DNA from: Ginglymostoma cirratum
Lineage: Eukaryota
Length of the DNA stretch: 64,000 bases
Reading direction: 5' to 3'
Assembly: GCA_024137785.1 (NCBI GenBank)
Contig: JAHRHZ010000038.1
Location: 27,026,938 to 27,090,937 of the forward strand
The notes under the pieces were generated by a model, which was not told the origin of the DNA, made no database searches, and worked only from the letters and a program-made list of their open reading frames with translations. The position numbers and the translations under genes are program-made. This document shows positions 26,901-39,713 of this stretch, piece by piece (positions within the stretch are counted from its first letter, which is position 1; every line of letters begins with the position of its first letter).

Positions 26901-27129
26901 TATTGGCTCTGCTCTGTGTCCAGAGTCTGAATATCTTCCTTGTGTCTCAATGACCTGGACCTGGGACAGCATACAAGATAAGGTCTAATTGAAGCACTAC
27001 AGAGGTTGATCCTGACTTCCTCCAGCTTATTTCTCCTTATAGTATCTCTAAAGTTCAACTTTTAATTGATTCTGTTGATAGTTTGCTCTGTGTCGTTCAA
27101 GAAATATTGTGAGGATCAGTCCGGTTATT

Positions 27130-28480
27130 ACAGACCAGTCAGTTTGGTGGTGAGGGAGCTTCTAGAAATAATTATTCTGAGTGAATTAGTAGTCACATCG
27201 TTAAGGGTGAGTTGATTATGATGAGTCAGCTTGGATTTTTAAGGGGGAAAACATGCATAATGAACTCGGTGGAGTTATTTGAAGAGGTAACAGGAAGGAT
27301 AAATGAGGGTAACTTTGTTGATGTGTGGTACTTAGATTCCCACGAGGCATTTGATACAGGCTGCACAACTTGTGAGGAAAGTTATTGGGTTGGCAGAAAA
27401 ATGGATACAAAATTGTTTGAGCGACAGGAAACAGAAAGAAATAGTCAATAGGTACTTTTTGGGCTGGAGGGAAGTTTGCAGAGGAGTTCTCTGGGATCTG
27501 GTGCTAGGACCCTTGCTTTTCCCAATATATATTAGTTAGCTGGATCTTGATGTGCAGAAGCAATTTCAAAGTTTGCAGATGACACAAAATTTGGAAGAGT
27601 TGTGAACTGCGAGGAGGATAGTCTGGAACCCCAAAAGGATATTGACAAGTTGGTGGAATGGGTGCATAGGTGGCAGATGAGGTTCAGAGAAATGTGAGGT
27701 GATGCACTTTGGTTGGAAGAACACTGACAGACAATATTAAAATCGGGGTTATAATTCTGAGGGGTGGGTGCATGAACAGAGGAATCTGGGTACTTGGATC
27801 ATTAAAGGTAGCAGGACTGGATGAGGGATCAATTACTAGAGCACACAGAATCCTCAAATTTATTAAAAGGGGCATAGAGCAAGGAGGTGATGTTGAACTT
27901 ATATCAGATACTTTTAGAACTCAGCTGGAGCATTGTGTACAGTTGTAGGTGCTATTTTGTTGGAAGGATGTGAACACATTGGAGAGAGTGCAGAAGCAAA
28001 TTACAAGAATGGCTCCAGGGATGAGAAACCTTCAGTTCTGATGATAGATTGGAGAGATTAGGACTGTTCTCCATGGAGATAAGAAGGCTAGGTTGAAAAC
28101 TGATAGAAGTTTTCAAAATCATGATTGCAAAATAGAGAATAAGGGAGAAATTATTCCGAATTGTGGAAGGATCGAGAACCCAGAGGACACATATTTAAAG
28201 ATTTACAAAAGAAGCAAATGTGAGATAAGAAAAATCTTTTTCACTCAGAAAATAGTTAGGGTCTGAAACATACTGCCTGGAGATGTAGCAGAGGCAGGTT
28301 CAATTGAAGCTTTCAAGACAGCATTGGATGATTATTTGGACAGAAATAGCGCACAAGGGTATAGGGAATAAAGCAGGAGATTGTCATGGGGTAATGATGC
28401 TCATTTGAAGAGCTGGTGCAGACATGATGAGCTGAATGGTCTCCTTTCGTGACATTAACACTCTGTGACTTTGTGACATT
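27130..28480 (+). mobile_element. Decayed CR1 LINE (RT to 3' end)
   Basis: SQLGFLRGKTC, VLGPLLF, tttgcagatgacacaaaa (FADDTK) and QLEHCVQ motifs. Confidence 0.9.
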
Positions 28481-28569
28481 GGTTAGATTCCTTAGGCCCT
28501 TTTTAAGTCTGTTGGCTTTTCTGAAATGTGCAGCACTCTGTATTTCTCTGCATGAACTTTCATAGCTTG

Positions 28570-29830
28570 GTTACAGTACAGCATTAGGCCATTCAGTCCA
28601 TCATGTCTCAGCTGGTTCTTTGGAACAGCAGCCCAGCTGGTCCCATTCACTCAGCCTACCCCATGCAGCGCTGCACTGTTTCTCCGTTCAGCTCCATATC
28701 CAATTCCTGTCACTGAACTTACCTCCAGTGCACTTTCAGGATCCTAACTTCTCACTGAGTTAAAATGCTTTCCTCGCGTCACCTTTGGTTTTTTGGTTGA
28801 TCCATCTTAACTCAGTATCTTCTGTTTCTTAATCCATCCACCACCGGGAACATGTTCTCCCCGTTTACTGTCCAAAGGCCTCATGATTTTAGAACTCTCC
28901 CATTAAATCTCCTCTTAACCTTCTCCAAAGAGAACAGCTCCAAGCTATTGACATAGCTGATAACATTCTCATGAATCTTTTCTGCACTGTTTATGATGCC
29001 TTTACGTTATTCCTAAAGTGTGATACCCAGGTTGGATGCACTGTTTTATGATGGTTTACTCTAACCTCAATGCTCTTGTACTCCAGGCTTCTATTTATAA
29101 GGTCCAGGACACGGTTGTTGTATTAACCATGTTCTCCAAATATGTCACTTTCAATGACTTGTGCACAAAGACACTCACCAATCCCCCAGTCCCTCTGCTC
29201 CTACACCCCTTTCGAATTGTATCCTTTATTATTCTATTATTATTAATATCCTATTATTGCCCTTCTTCATTTATTTTGCCAAAATAAATCCCATTTCTCT
29301 GCATTAAATTTGACCTGTCTCATGTTTGTCCAGTGTTCAGAGCTTCACTCATTTTGATCATTGAGGCGTTTTTACACTATGTCCAGCATCGCTGAGCTGT
29401 TTCTTTCATTTCCATTGGCTCTCCTGATACTGTATAATCTGCAAATTTGACCAGTCAGTAATAGGTTTCTCACGTTAAATAATTGAAGTAAATCAGAAAC
29501 AATCACCATCCTGACACTGAGCCTTAAGCATTTCATTCAGTACTTTCACCTCTCTCACATGTAACTGTTACGAAAAGCAGCTTGTCATTTTGAGGCCAAT
29601 TTTTTAATACTCCATGGCCAGGATTACCTTTTGATCCACAGATGTTTGCGTTTAACTAAAGCTCTCTGTGAATAACTTTGTCAGCTACCATTTGTCACAG
29701 GCTTACAACAAAACACTTGGGACGTTATCTTTTTCCAAGTAGGAGATTGGTCAGGTAGGATCTTCTACTCTAAAATCTGTGTTGAAAGCTCTTAGTGAAT
29801 GTGTTATTGTGCAGCAACCTGGAAACTAAC
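28570..29830 (-). mobile_element. Highly decayed antisense CR1 fragment(s)
   Basis: Reverse-complement CR1 3' tail and RT-region remnants (ctgcaaattt, cctgacactga); boundaries approximate. Confidence 0.6.
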
Positions 29831-29917
29831 ATCCAACGTTTCATTCCAGTATTTTACTCAGGATGGAAGTAAGGTCAGTAAGGTTAATGAGTCTATAATT
29901 GACCATTTCTAATTTAT

Positions 29918-30125
29918 TGGTTAGCTCAGTTGGCTTGACAGCTGCTTGGCAATGCCACATGATGCCAACAGCATGGGTTCAACTTGTGCGCTGGCTGAGA
30001 TTGCCATGAAGGACTCTTCTTCTTAACCTCACTTCAACTGTGGTGACCCTCAGGTTAAACCACCACTAATCATCTCGCTTTTTAATGAGAGAACAGCCCT
30101 ATGGAGGACTATGGCAACTTTATCT
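29918..30125 (+). mobile_element. Third tRNA-SINE family
   Basis: ggttagctcagttgg A box, gggttcaact B box, tail ggactatggcaactttatc. Confidence 0.72.
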
Positions 30126-31139
30126 CTATCTATGCATACAGTATACCTGGGCAATTTCCTACAATATTAGGTGGGTTCTGGTGTTGCAGTTGTACAATAG
30201 CAGCTAGTCCTAGCGATACTTCTCAGCGTAAGCCTATAACCTCTATAAATCTAGACTAAGTATTAAATAGCCAGATGTTGTCTGCAGACTTTAATGTAAT
30301 TGTGCCCTCAACCATTTTTTGATATCATGTACAATAAATCAAATTGACTGAAAGCTATTGTGTAAGATGATGAGATCTCAGGAGGAAGCTGATTGAGATG
30401 GGTGTACAGTCATACAAACAGTTGAAGTTGACTAAAATTGCCTCCTAGTAATGAACATAGCATTTAATTCAAGTAAATGTGATGAAAACCCGAACACACA
30501 AGCTACAATTGAATGTAAAATAGCAATTGCTGGACAAACTCAGCAGGTCTGGCAGCACCTGCAGACAGAAAGCAGAGTTAACATTTTGAGTCCACCGACT
30601 ATTCTTTAGAATGGATAGTCGCCAGGTAAAGGTTGGTATGTATGTTGATGATGTTTGGTTCAGGGACACAGGGTTGAGTGAGCAGATAGGCACAGTTTAG
30701 ACCTCTCTCTCCCCTTGCACTTGCCAAAAAGTGTCCTTTCATGGCTGGATATGCTGGGCTACTTATAGAAATACTGCTACGCAAATACTGCTTTGCTGCG
30801 TGAAAGTCACATTGCACAATAAATTAATTATGTTCATATTGCTGTCATGGATTGGCACCTAGCTTCTCGCCACAGCACAGACTTGTTAATTTTATTAGCA
30901 ACTACCCAAAGGCATGTAGTGCAGATTACATGTGACCATTGGTATAGAATATAAAACTGTCTGTATTATGTATTGTCAACTCTCTCTAATTCAACATGCT
31001 CAATTGTTTCAGTACAAATTGAATTTTGTTCAGTGTGTCAGATATAATGAAACTTTCTCTGTAAATGACATCACATGGGTATATTTCCAATGGGGTTGTG
31101 CGAATAAAGGCTTCTTTCGGAAGACTCAACAGCTAATTT

Positions 31140-31420
31140 TGGTGGAGATGTTGGGGTGGTGGCGATGTCAGTGGATTACCAATCCTGAGACCAAGGCTAA
31201 AGTTCTGAGGATATGTGCAAATCCCATCACCTGCAGTTGGTATAATTTAAATTCAATTATTTATGCCTGGAATTAAAAGCTGGTCTCAGTGACGTTAACC
31301 ATGTGACTATCATCAATTGTTGTAAAAACCTGCTTGTTCATCAACATCCTTTAGGGAAGGCTCTCTGTTATCCTTACCTGGTTTTGCCTACATGTGACTC
31401 CAGAACCACACTAATGTTCT
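31140..31420 (+). mobile_element. Second tRNA-SINE family
   Basis: ctggaattaaaagctggtctcag...tttagggaagg...ccttacctgg...catgtgactccaga. Confidence 0.7.
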
Positions 31421-31512
31421 GAAGGGTCAATGGATGTGAAACATTAACTGTTTCCTCTCTCCCCAGACGCTGCCGGTCCTGTTGAGTTTCTCGAGCAATG
31501 TCTGTATTTGTC

Positions 31513-31583
31513 TGGCCTGCTGTGTTCATCCAGCTCTACAACTTGTTATCTCAGATTCTCCAGCATCGGCAGTTCCTACTATC
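31513..31583 (+). mobile_element. 71-bp truncated young Penelope-like fragment with 12-bp TSD, inserted in an older Penelope repeat (31415-31512)
   Basis: TSD tctgtatttgtc at 31501-31512 and 31584-31595. Confidence 0.85.
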
Positions 31584-32089
31584 TCTGTATTTGTCCATAC
31601 AGCATTAGTCTGGGTGGCTGAATTGAGTCCAATTTGACATTTCCAGCTTCCCCTTCTGACTGTCATCATCTGATGGTGTGACATATGTTCCTTGTCAGTA
31701 ATGCCTGGTTTCCAGTAACTTATGGAAATCCATGACTTTCCTTTGTATAGTTGCTCTTTAAAAAATAACCTTCACTAATTGTTGTATGCTTGCCTCATGT
31801 ACATTAAATATTTTTATCATGAATTTACCATAACATCTTTTACAGAACAGCAAACCAGTTTGAAATGTTATGGATCATTCATTCAGCAAGAGCTGATTCC
31901 ATCCTGGCCAATTTTTCTTTTAAATTAATCCAACTTTTCATCCTAATTTCTGTACTCAGAAGCCTATTCTGTTGTGTCATTTTGTCTGTGTGAAGTATTT
32001 CCCTGATATCAGTTTTTTAATTAGTTTGAAAATACTATACTTTTTTTAGAAGTACTGACCTTTCTATACCCCACAAAGGTTAGCCATTT

Positions 32090-32445
32090 GGTTGCTACTG
32101 TGGTAAAATGGCACTGACACTGGATTATAAATCCAACGTCCCTGAGAGCAAAGTTCTGGGCAACACGACTGATTCAAAACTCAGTAATGAATGTGAAAAG
32201 TTTCGAAAAATCTGGAATAAATGCTAGCCCAGTGGCGACCATTTAAACCTTGTTGATTCTCGTGAGAACCTACCTGCTTAACCAATACACCGTAGGAAAT
32301 CTGCCACCCTTACCTGGTCTGGATTGCACGTGTCTCCAGACCCACAGTTATATGGTTGACTCTTATTAATCCTCCATTATCCTTCAAGCAATTAGGGTTG
32401 GGCCTTAAACACTGACCTAACTAGCAACATGCTTTGAATGAATGA
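32090..32445 (+). mobile_element. Second tRNA-SINE family (diverged)
   Basis: aaatctggaataa...ggaaatctgccacccttacctggtctgg...tggttgactctt...caagcaattaggg. Confidence 0.68.
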
Positions 32446-34934
32446 AAAAAAAAGTTTCTCCAGAACCTCCCCATAATTGAATCCTTGAACCATTTGTTCA
32501 ATGTCAATGCCGCTCTCTCTCTCTCCGGTCTCTACGCTGCAGTACTCAAAGCAAGGCACAGAACTGCAGAATCCCAGCAGGTATCCTCTGCATTTTAAAT
32601 CACATTGTTGTTTCCCATATTGCTCAATATTCTGTACCCAGCCTTGCTGCTTACAGTTTCTGCAGTGATTGTATGTACTTAGAATTGAATCATTTAAAGC
32701 CTCTGGGAGTCTTTCAACATTGCCCTTATGTATTTCAACACTATGCACGCAGTCAATGCAGTTGTGCTGCCAACACCTTTTTTAAAGTATGCTGCAATTT
32801 ATTGTCCATATTAAAATTAATTTGTCATTGATCAACCCACTTGCACATTTTGTCATCATGACGTGTAATCTCAGCAATTTCAACTGGCCCTGTTAATCCA
32901 GTAACAAAAGCAAATATAATCAGTTTGCAGTTTGAACACCTGAATGAAATTTCTGGAGAAATGGGAATTCTAACCCTGATTTGTGTGGTAGCCCATTCAA
33001 CACTTCTCCTCCCTCAGCTCCCCATGGGAGTATTAAATTAACAAAATTTTGTTTTATATATGAAAACAACAAAGGAATCTACAAGGCCTGACTCATTTAA
33101 TTTTCTTGCAGGAATATATAGTGCTGCTCTTGTAAGCTCTCAATGTTTGGCACCACCATCTGCTCATAATACATATTGCTGCAGCATTTACCAATTCTGC
33201 ATTCAAGCAATATTCTCAACGCCTACATAAGTGCCTTATCCTCAAGAATTCTCCTGTTTGGCTGTAATCTATTTTGTCAAAAGAAGTGACAACCCCTTGA
33301 CTGCGTCTTAAACAGGTCAAGATCGATGCTCTCCAGAATGGCACAATTCCAGCCTTGCTCCTTTGAAAGAGATTCCTCCTCTTTCCTCTTGCATTCTGCA
33401 GTAATCTCTTTTAATACAGGTTTGGTTTTGCAATGCAACTTACTGGCGTTGGAAATGATTAACATTTAAATAGATACTACCGTTTGGTGCTGTGACATGG
33501 CACAGTATGTGACCTACTGCACATAATGTAACATTTTGATGTCAGTGGTCAAGGCATACAAACTCCAAAACCCAAATTAAAGGGCCCGTTTACCCATCTG
33601 TTCATCTTTATTATCTTCCTCCGTACAAGGGCTAGCAGTTGCGCACTCCTCAGCCCGGTTCTGCACTCAGCTGAAAACAGTTTGTCTCTGATATATTCTG
33701 CACCCAGACCACTGACCAAAAAAGACCCTTCTTTTAAGTGGTCCCTAGATATTGTGATGACTTAAAAAAATCTTCCATTGCTAATGCACACAGGGGCCTT
33801 GAACTATTTCATTACTAGCACTACCATCTGGTGACTGTAACTGGTGCAGCAGGATCTGTCATAACTTAATAAAAAGCCTGCAATAGCCTGGAGGCTGATG
33901 TTCCTGAAATGGACTCAAGCTGGTGCCATTTATTCTACCTCAATTTCTTTCAATCCAATGAAAACAGGGAAATTCAAAAGGTCCTGTAGCACACTGGTAT
34001 GTCGCTACCGAGGCAGGAAACCTACACATTTACAGAATTGTCTTACGGTAACATTTCCCTGCAATCAAGGTCAACAACAGCAATGAAATAATAGCAGACT
34101 AATCAATAGATTCCAGTCTATTCTGTTAGTCTTGGGGCTCTATATTTGATGGTAACAGCCCCGCCCCTGGGCTGAAAGGTATGGGTCGAAGCCCCCAATT
34201 CCAAATTGTTTGATAAAATAAAAAAAAACTTTTATATTAATGGCACAATGCACCTTAGTTCAGGAAGGAGGGAAGAGTTCTTCATTTTGACTCTACTGCA
34301 TAAATAATGTGGCAATTTCTAATAAAATTCAACCTGAAAGTTTCTGTAGCCAGTTATATGCTATAGTAACCCTGATTTAGTTAGTTAACTCCATTTCAAG
34401 GGTTGGAAGCGAGTTCAGCACACAATGTTAGACATAAAGCTTTCCATTATTATCCGCAGTTGAGTCAGTACGATCATAAAAGGACATGTACACAGTAGTT
34501 CTGGTTTAAAATGTGGATATCACATTCCATTGGTCCAATTGTGCGATCCCCTAAGGCTTTTGTTGCAATCCCTAATTGCCCTCGATGATGATGAGCTGTC
34601 TTCTTGAAGGTCTGCAAGCTGTGTGCTGATGCTAGACCCACAATACTGTCAGGGACAGAGTGCCAGGACTTTTTTTTAAACCCAGCAGCACTGAAAGGAT
34701 AGCAATATATTCCTAAGTTAGAAATGTAAGTGGCTTGGATGATAACTTGCAGGTAGTGGTGTTCCCGTACATCTAGAAACAGAAATAGGCCATTTAGCCT
34801 TTTGAGCCCATTCTACCATTCAATGGCTGATCTGTGGCCTAACTCTATATACCTGCCTTTGGCCCTCATCCCTTTGAAACTTTTGCATAACAAAATTCAT
34901 CCACCTCTGACACCCTTATGCTTCCAGATGGCAG

Positions 34935-35379
34935 AGATAATAGGTACTGCAGATGCTGGAGAATCCGAGATAACACGGTGCGGAGCTGGATGAACACAGC
35001 AGCCCAAGCAGCATCATAGGAGCAGGAAAGCTTAACGTTTCGGGCCTAGACCCTTCATCAGAAATGGGGGAGGGGGAAAGAGGGTTCTGAAATAAATAGG
35101 GAGAGAGGGGGGAGGCAGATAGAAGATGGATAAAGGAGGGGATAGGTGGAGAGGAGATAGACAAGTCAAAGAGGCGGGGATGGAGCCAGTAAAGGGGAGT
35201 GTAGGTGGGGAGGAGATAGGTCAGGCCAGGGAGGACGGACAGGTCAAGGGGGCGGGATGAGGTTAGTAGATAGGAGTGCGGCTTGAGGTGGGAGGAGGGG
35301 ATAGGTGAGAGGGAGAACAGGTTAGGGAGGCAGGGATGAGCTGGGCTGGTTTGGGGATGCGGGTCGGGGAGGGGAGATT
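34935..35379 (-). mobile_element. Young Penelope-like terminal repeat insertion with 13-bp TSD
   Basis: TSD ttccagatggcag (34922-34934) / ttctagatggcag (35380-35392); reverse complement of the 24843-25218 family; intact hammerhead core. Confidence 0.87.
35034..35061 (-). ncRNA. Minimal type I hammerhead ribozyme motif (Penelope-associated)
   Basis: CUGAUGA-A-GGGU(CUAG)GCCC-GAAA-C-GUU; stem I weak; activity untested. Confidence 0.65.
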
Positions 35380-36309
35380 TTCTAGATGGCAGCTGTTGGT
35401 GTGTTTGGAAGGTGTTGGCTAAGGAGCCTTGGTGAGTTTCTGCAATGCATCTTGCAATTGATAGCAGTCTAGTGGTAGACTGTATGTTTTTTCTTCAAAG
35501 CTGCCTCACTGTTCCTTGATCAATTTCACGTCAGCCTCAGCCTCAGTTCAGTTGCCAGCACTCTTGCCTCGGAGTCAGAAAGCTGTGGACAAAGGTATTC
35601 CTGACGCACTCCACAAAGATCATTTCACCTGGAAGTGTCCAGTTATGGTGTAGGGTCGGAATTTCCCATTACTTAAAACAAACCTTGCTTAAGTGCTGTA
35701 ACCTGCAAGGTTATGGACCAAGCGCTGGCTACTTGGGATTAGAATAGGTGGCAAGCAGACACAATCTACTGAATGGCCTATTTCTGCGCAGTAACTTTCC
35801 CACAGCTCTGGAATCCGATCTCTTTCCTTCCCTACAGCCCCTCACATGACCAGGACCATTCAGTACCTTGAACCTGCTCATATTGTGGCTGATCTGTAAC
35901 TTAACCCCAAGTTTTTATGAAATAAATTCTTTCATGGGATGGGGCATACAGCATTTGTTAGCCATCCTTTAAGTACCTTTAATGCAATTTAGAAGTCAAA
36001 CATATTCAGACATTATCCTAGGTAAGGATGGCAGATTCCCACCACCCTCCCCCCAAAAAAAAAACCCATTTGCTCAGTAATGTCTTTTATGATAACTGAT
36101 AATTAATTTAATATTAACATTTAGCACTAAGATTAGTATTCATTTAGGTGCACCAGGATTAGAGGAACAAAATTATCTCAGACATACCCCCGAGAACCTG
36201 AAACTTACCAATGTGCTGCCAAAGTGATCAGATGACATCTCCCACTTGACTAAATAAAAGACTGAACTGTGGGTTTTAAACAGGTTTTCACCATCCAGAA
36301 TATCCCACA

Positions 36310-36475
36310 TTGTAAAATTTAATGTTGATCTCACTCTGTGCACCTCTTCTGCAGCTGTAAAATTGTATTGTGCTCTAAGACTCTTATGCATTTTGCATGG
36401 TACAATCTGCCTGTACTGCACGCAAAACAAAACTTTTCACTGTACCTAGGTACACATGACAATAATCAAATCAAA
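36310..36475 (+). mobile_element. Rex1/Babar 3' UTR fragment
   Basis: Homologous to 6170-6350; ends gacaataatcaaatcaaa. Confidence 0.75.
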
Positions 36476-37029
36476 CATGAGCCAAAATGTTAACTATTCT
36501 CCCACAGATACTACCATAATGCAAAGAACCCCCCCTTTCTACTTTTAATAAAACTCAAGAGTTTAGAAAGCACAGATCTAACAATCACTTGAAATTATTC
36601 AGTTCTCAGGTAGAGTAGAGAAAGTGCTGAGAGAACACAATTAAGTGTTTAGTCGGGGGGGGGGGGGTCGGTGGCGGTAGTTTGATATCTGTCAGTGGAG
36701 TGTTTGAGCAATTGAGCTGATGAAACTCTTACAGCGAATTTCATTTTTTTTTCCAGAATTAGGTCAGGTCCTGTCAGATAATTTGCTCTTCTGGCATTGG
36801 TGCACCTAAAACTGTCATAACTATGTCCTTTACTATTTGACTGGAGGAGGCTGTAATGAGATCTGAAGAGTAACAAAGAGTAAAAACTAAAAGCAAAATA
36901 TTGTAGACATTGGAAATATGAAACAAAAAAGTACTGGAGAAACTCAGCAGGCCCGCAGCACCTGTGGCGAGAAAAACAGTTAATGTTAAGTCCAATATGA
37001 ATCCTCTTCAGAATTAGTGTAACAACTAC

Positions 37030-37420
37030 ACCACCTCTTACATTAAAGAGAATGTAATAATCCTTCACATACATTAGACAAAATATGGCACTGAGCAACA
37101 TAAGGAAATATTAGCCAAGATGAATTAAAAACTTGGTTGAAGTGATAGACTTTGGAGAGTGCCTCAGAAACGGAAAGCAATGTAAAAAGGTGGAGGACAA
37201 TAGAGAGAGCATTCCACAACTTGGGGCTGAGGCAACTGAAGGTAAAAGCAATTGAAATCCACAATGCTCAGGAGATCAGTATTGGAGCTATCTCAGAGTT
37301 GTAGGAATTTACAGCCGTAATGAGGGATGAGGTTAAAAAAGGTCATGAAAATAAGGAAGAAATTTCAAGATCAACCCATTCCTGACCAGGGGACAATGCA
37401 GCTCACTGAGCACAGGGAAG
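37030..37420 (-). mobile_element. Old L2-like LINE 3' fragment
   Basis: Minus-strand AFTFSCLSPKLWNAL motif (ORF 37043..37264), typical of the L2 C-terminus. Confidence 0.6.
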
Positions 37421-38424
37421 ATAACAGAATGGGTCTTGGTGTTTCATGAGGATAGAATGTTGAAACCAATGGGCGATTGACGAAGTATAAATAGGCTACA
37501 AGGTCAATGACCTCATTGGTGATTGTACACAGGTCAAAAAGGGTGTTGTCACAATCACAGAATGCAATTTGTGCCTTTGATAAGTATCGCTTTACTCCAA
37601 GGAAGTCTGATTGGAGGGACACAATCAAAAATTTGCAGGTAAGCTAGGAATGAATTTGCTTCTAATATTTTTAATCAATGGGGCGTGTGTGTCACTGGCT
37701 AAGCCAACATTTTCTGCCCATCCTTAAGTGCTCACTGATGTAATCGTGGCTCTCTCGTTGAACCACTGCAGTCCATGAGGAGTAGGTACATACAGTGCTG
37801 TTAGGGAGTTCCAGAATTTTGACATCAACAAAGAAGGGATGGCAGGCAGAGGTCCATGCCACTCTTGGGTATCTGCTGCCCTTGTCTTTCCAAACCCACT
37901 ACCTCTACCATTTAGAAAGTGTTGCCAAAGGAAAAAAAAGTTTATGTTTAAAACCTATTAAATTACAACACAAACTGATGCGTCACTGAAAACAAATTTG
38001 AGGAATCAAAATAATCAGATGTTAAACTTGTGTCCAGCTGTCACATCCATTGTTCTTCTGATACTGGGTTTTAGTCTGACCACAGACCCCAGCAATCCAA
38101 GCTACCTCCTATCCACCACAAGGTTTTGAAACTACCAGAGGCAACAGTGAGGACTCCAGAGAATAGCATATTCCTGACTTGTTTCTAAAAAAAAAATCTA
38201 TGTTGAATGTAATGTTTTGAACCTGGAGCTTAAAATTTGAAAGAAAGATCGCTTCTCTTTTTGGCAGGTGCATTGCTAGCAAGTGAAATCTGAAACATTA
38301 ATGTGGAAAGGCTCTCAATGTCTATTGATGCTTGCAGAAGTGACAATTGCAAGGTCAAATATGTAAGCTAATAGCAGCACATCTCTGGAGCCAGAATCAA
38401 CAACTTGGTCAGTGGATCCAACTA

Positions 38425-38824
38425 NNNNNNNNNNNNNNNNNNNNNNNNNNNNNNNNNNNNNNNNNNNNNNNNNNNNNNNNNNNNNNNNNNNNNNNNNNNN
38501 NNNNNNNNNNNNNNNNNNNNNNNNNNNNNNNNNNNNNNNNNNNNNNNNNNNNNNNNNNNNNNNNNNNNNNNNNNNNNNNNNNNNNNNNNNNNNNNNNNNN
38601 NNNNNNNNNNNNNNNNNNNNNNNNNNNNNNNNNNNNNNNNNNNNNNNNNNNNNNNNNNNNNNNNNNNNNNNNNNNNNNNNNNNNNNNNNNNNNNNNNNNN
38701 NNNNNNNNNNNNNNNNNNNNNNNNNNNNNNNNNNNNNNNNNNNNNNNNNNNNNNNNNNNNNNNNNNNNNNNNNNNNNNNNNNNNNNNNNNNNNNNNNNNN
38801 NNNNNNNNNNNNNNNNNNNNNNNN
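38425..38824. other. Assembly gap (400 N)
   Basis: Run of N, probably a nominal size; right flank is Penelope repeat. Confidence 0.99.
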
Positions 38825-38834
38825 ATCAGCATTT

Positions 38835-38862
38835 CTGATGAAGGGTCTAGGCCCGAAACGTC
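38835..38862 (+). ncRNA. Minimal type I hammerhead ribozyme motif in a Penelope repeat (38825-38911)
   Basis: CUGAUGA-A-GGGU(CUAG)GCCC-GAAA-C-GUC with canonical GUC triplet. Confidence 0.68.
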
Positions 38863-39124
38863 AAGTTTTCCTGCTCCTATGATGCTGCTTGGCCTGCTGT
38901 GTTCATCCAGCCCCAGGAGAAAAACATCAGTGTGCCCTCTTAAAATGAGCCAGCCAGTCACATACTGAAAGAGGCTTCCTATGCCAGAAAGCAAAGGGCA
39001 GAAGATGGCAATGCGGGTGAAATCTCATGTGGTCTACTGAGTATTTCCATCTAAATCACATACAGTCTCATAAGTTCACCAACAGCACACTACATCAGTG
39101 TATATATGCACATGGTTCAAAAAT

Positions 39125-39605
39125 AGACAGACACAAGATTTTTCACAATTTATTTTATTTTGGCAATGCTGTACATTAATTTTAACATTTAGACCAGCAC
39201 ATGTAATTTATAAGCTAAATTCCATGTTTCTGATAATAAAGTTTTAGAAATACTGGGACATTGTATTCAAGTTGGTTTAATTAAGAAATGCATTTTCAAC
39301 CACTAAAGTACGAAAAGTTATTTTAATGAAATATTAAATAGAAAATGAAGCTGTTATTGTTGAGCAAATAATATCCATGGCACAAAAATATTCGAAGTTT
39401 TCAAAAGCAAGGGTTTATATACTTGCTTTAATGAGTACTGCTGAGTGCAACATGCAACTTTTGCCATTCACAGAATTCAATTGATCCCTAACATTTCAGA
39501 GGCACGTTGCATGGAAGACATTTCATAAACTGCTTTATACAAAGTTAGCTGTAATTAAATATATTGCAATTACAACCAGAATCAAAGGCTCAGGTTGTCA
39601 CATAC
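39125..39605 (-). other. SH3GLB1: SH3GLB1 3' UTR (~480 nt, AU-rich; end approximate)
   Basis: TE-free AT-rich segment between the stop codon and the tandem poly(A) signals. Confidence 0.7.
39149..39159 (-). terminator. Overlapping polyadenylation signals AATAAAATAAA
   Basis: Two overlapping AATAAA hexamers on minus, followed by a GU/U-rich downstream element (tcttgtgtctgtctattttt). Confidence 0.75.
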
Positions 39606-39713
39606 TCAATTTAGCAGCTCCAAATATGTAATGGGGACTTTTCCTTTCTGATTTCCTCTTTCACCCATTAACCAGTCAGAGTCCATTCCTGGCAGACTAT
39701 AAACTGTTATTAC
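39606..39713 (-). CDS. SH3GLB1: SH3GLB1 terminal coding exon 11 (108 bp incl. TGA): VITVYSLPGMDSDWLMGERGNQKGKVPITYLELLN*
   Basis: Acceptor tttcag|GTA; SH3 C-terminal half; stop TGA at 39608-39606. Confidence 0.98.
   Translation of the reverse strand, partial: VITVYSLPGMDSDWLMGERGNQKGKVPITYLELLN

Noticed and set aside
33277-33465. Minus-strand 62-aa ORF with protein-like composition
   Set aside because: No recognisable homology, no in-frame splice pair and a non-ATG start.
38347-38994. ORFs spanning the N runs (also 56484-57019)
   Set aside because: Artefacts of translating through assembly gaps.
1-39000. Search for SELENOF (convergent neighbour of SH3GLB1 in human) or another plus-strand gene
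   Set aside because: I found no CGU-KLG motif, SELENOF exon or SECIS by eye; it may lie outside the window. Small exons of other genes cannot be fully excluded.
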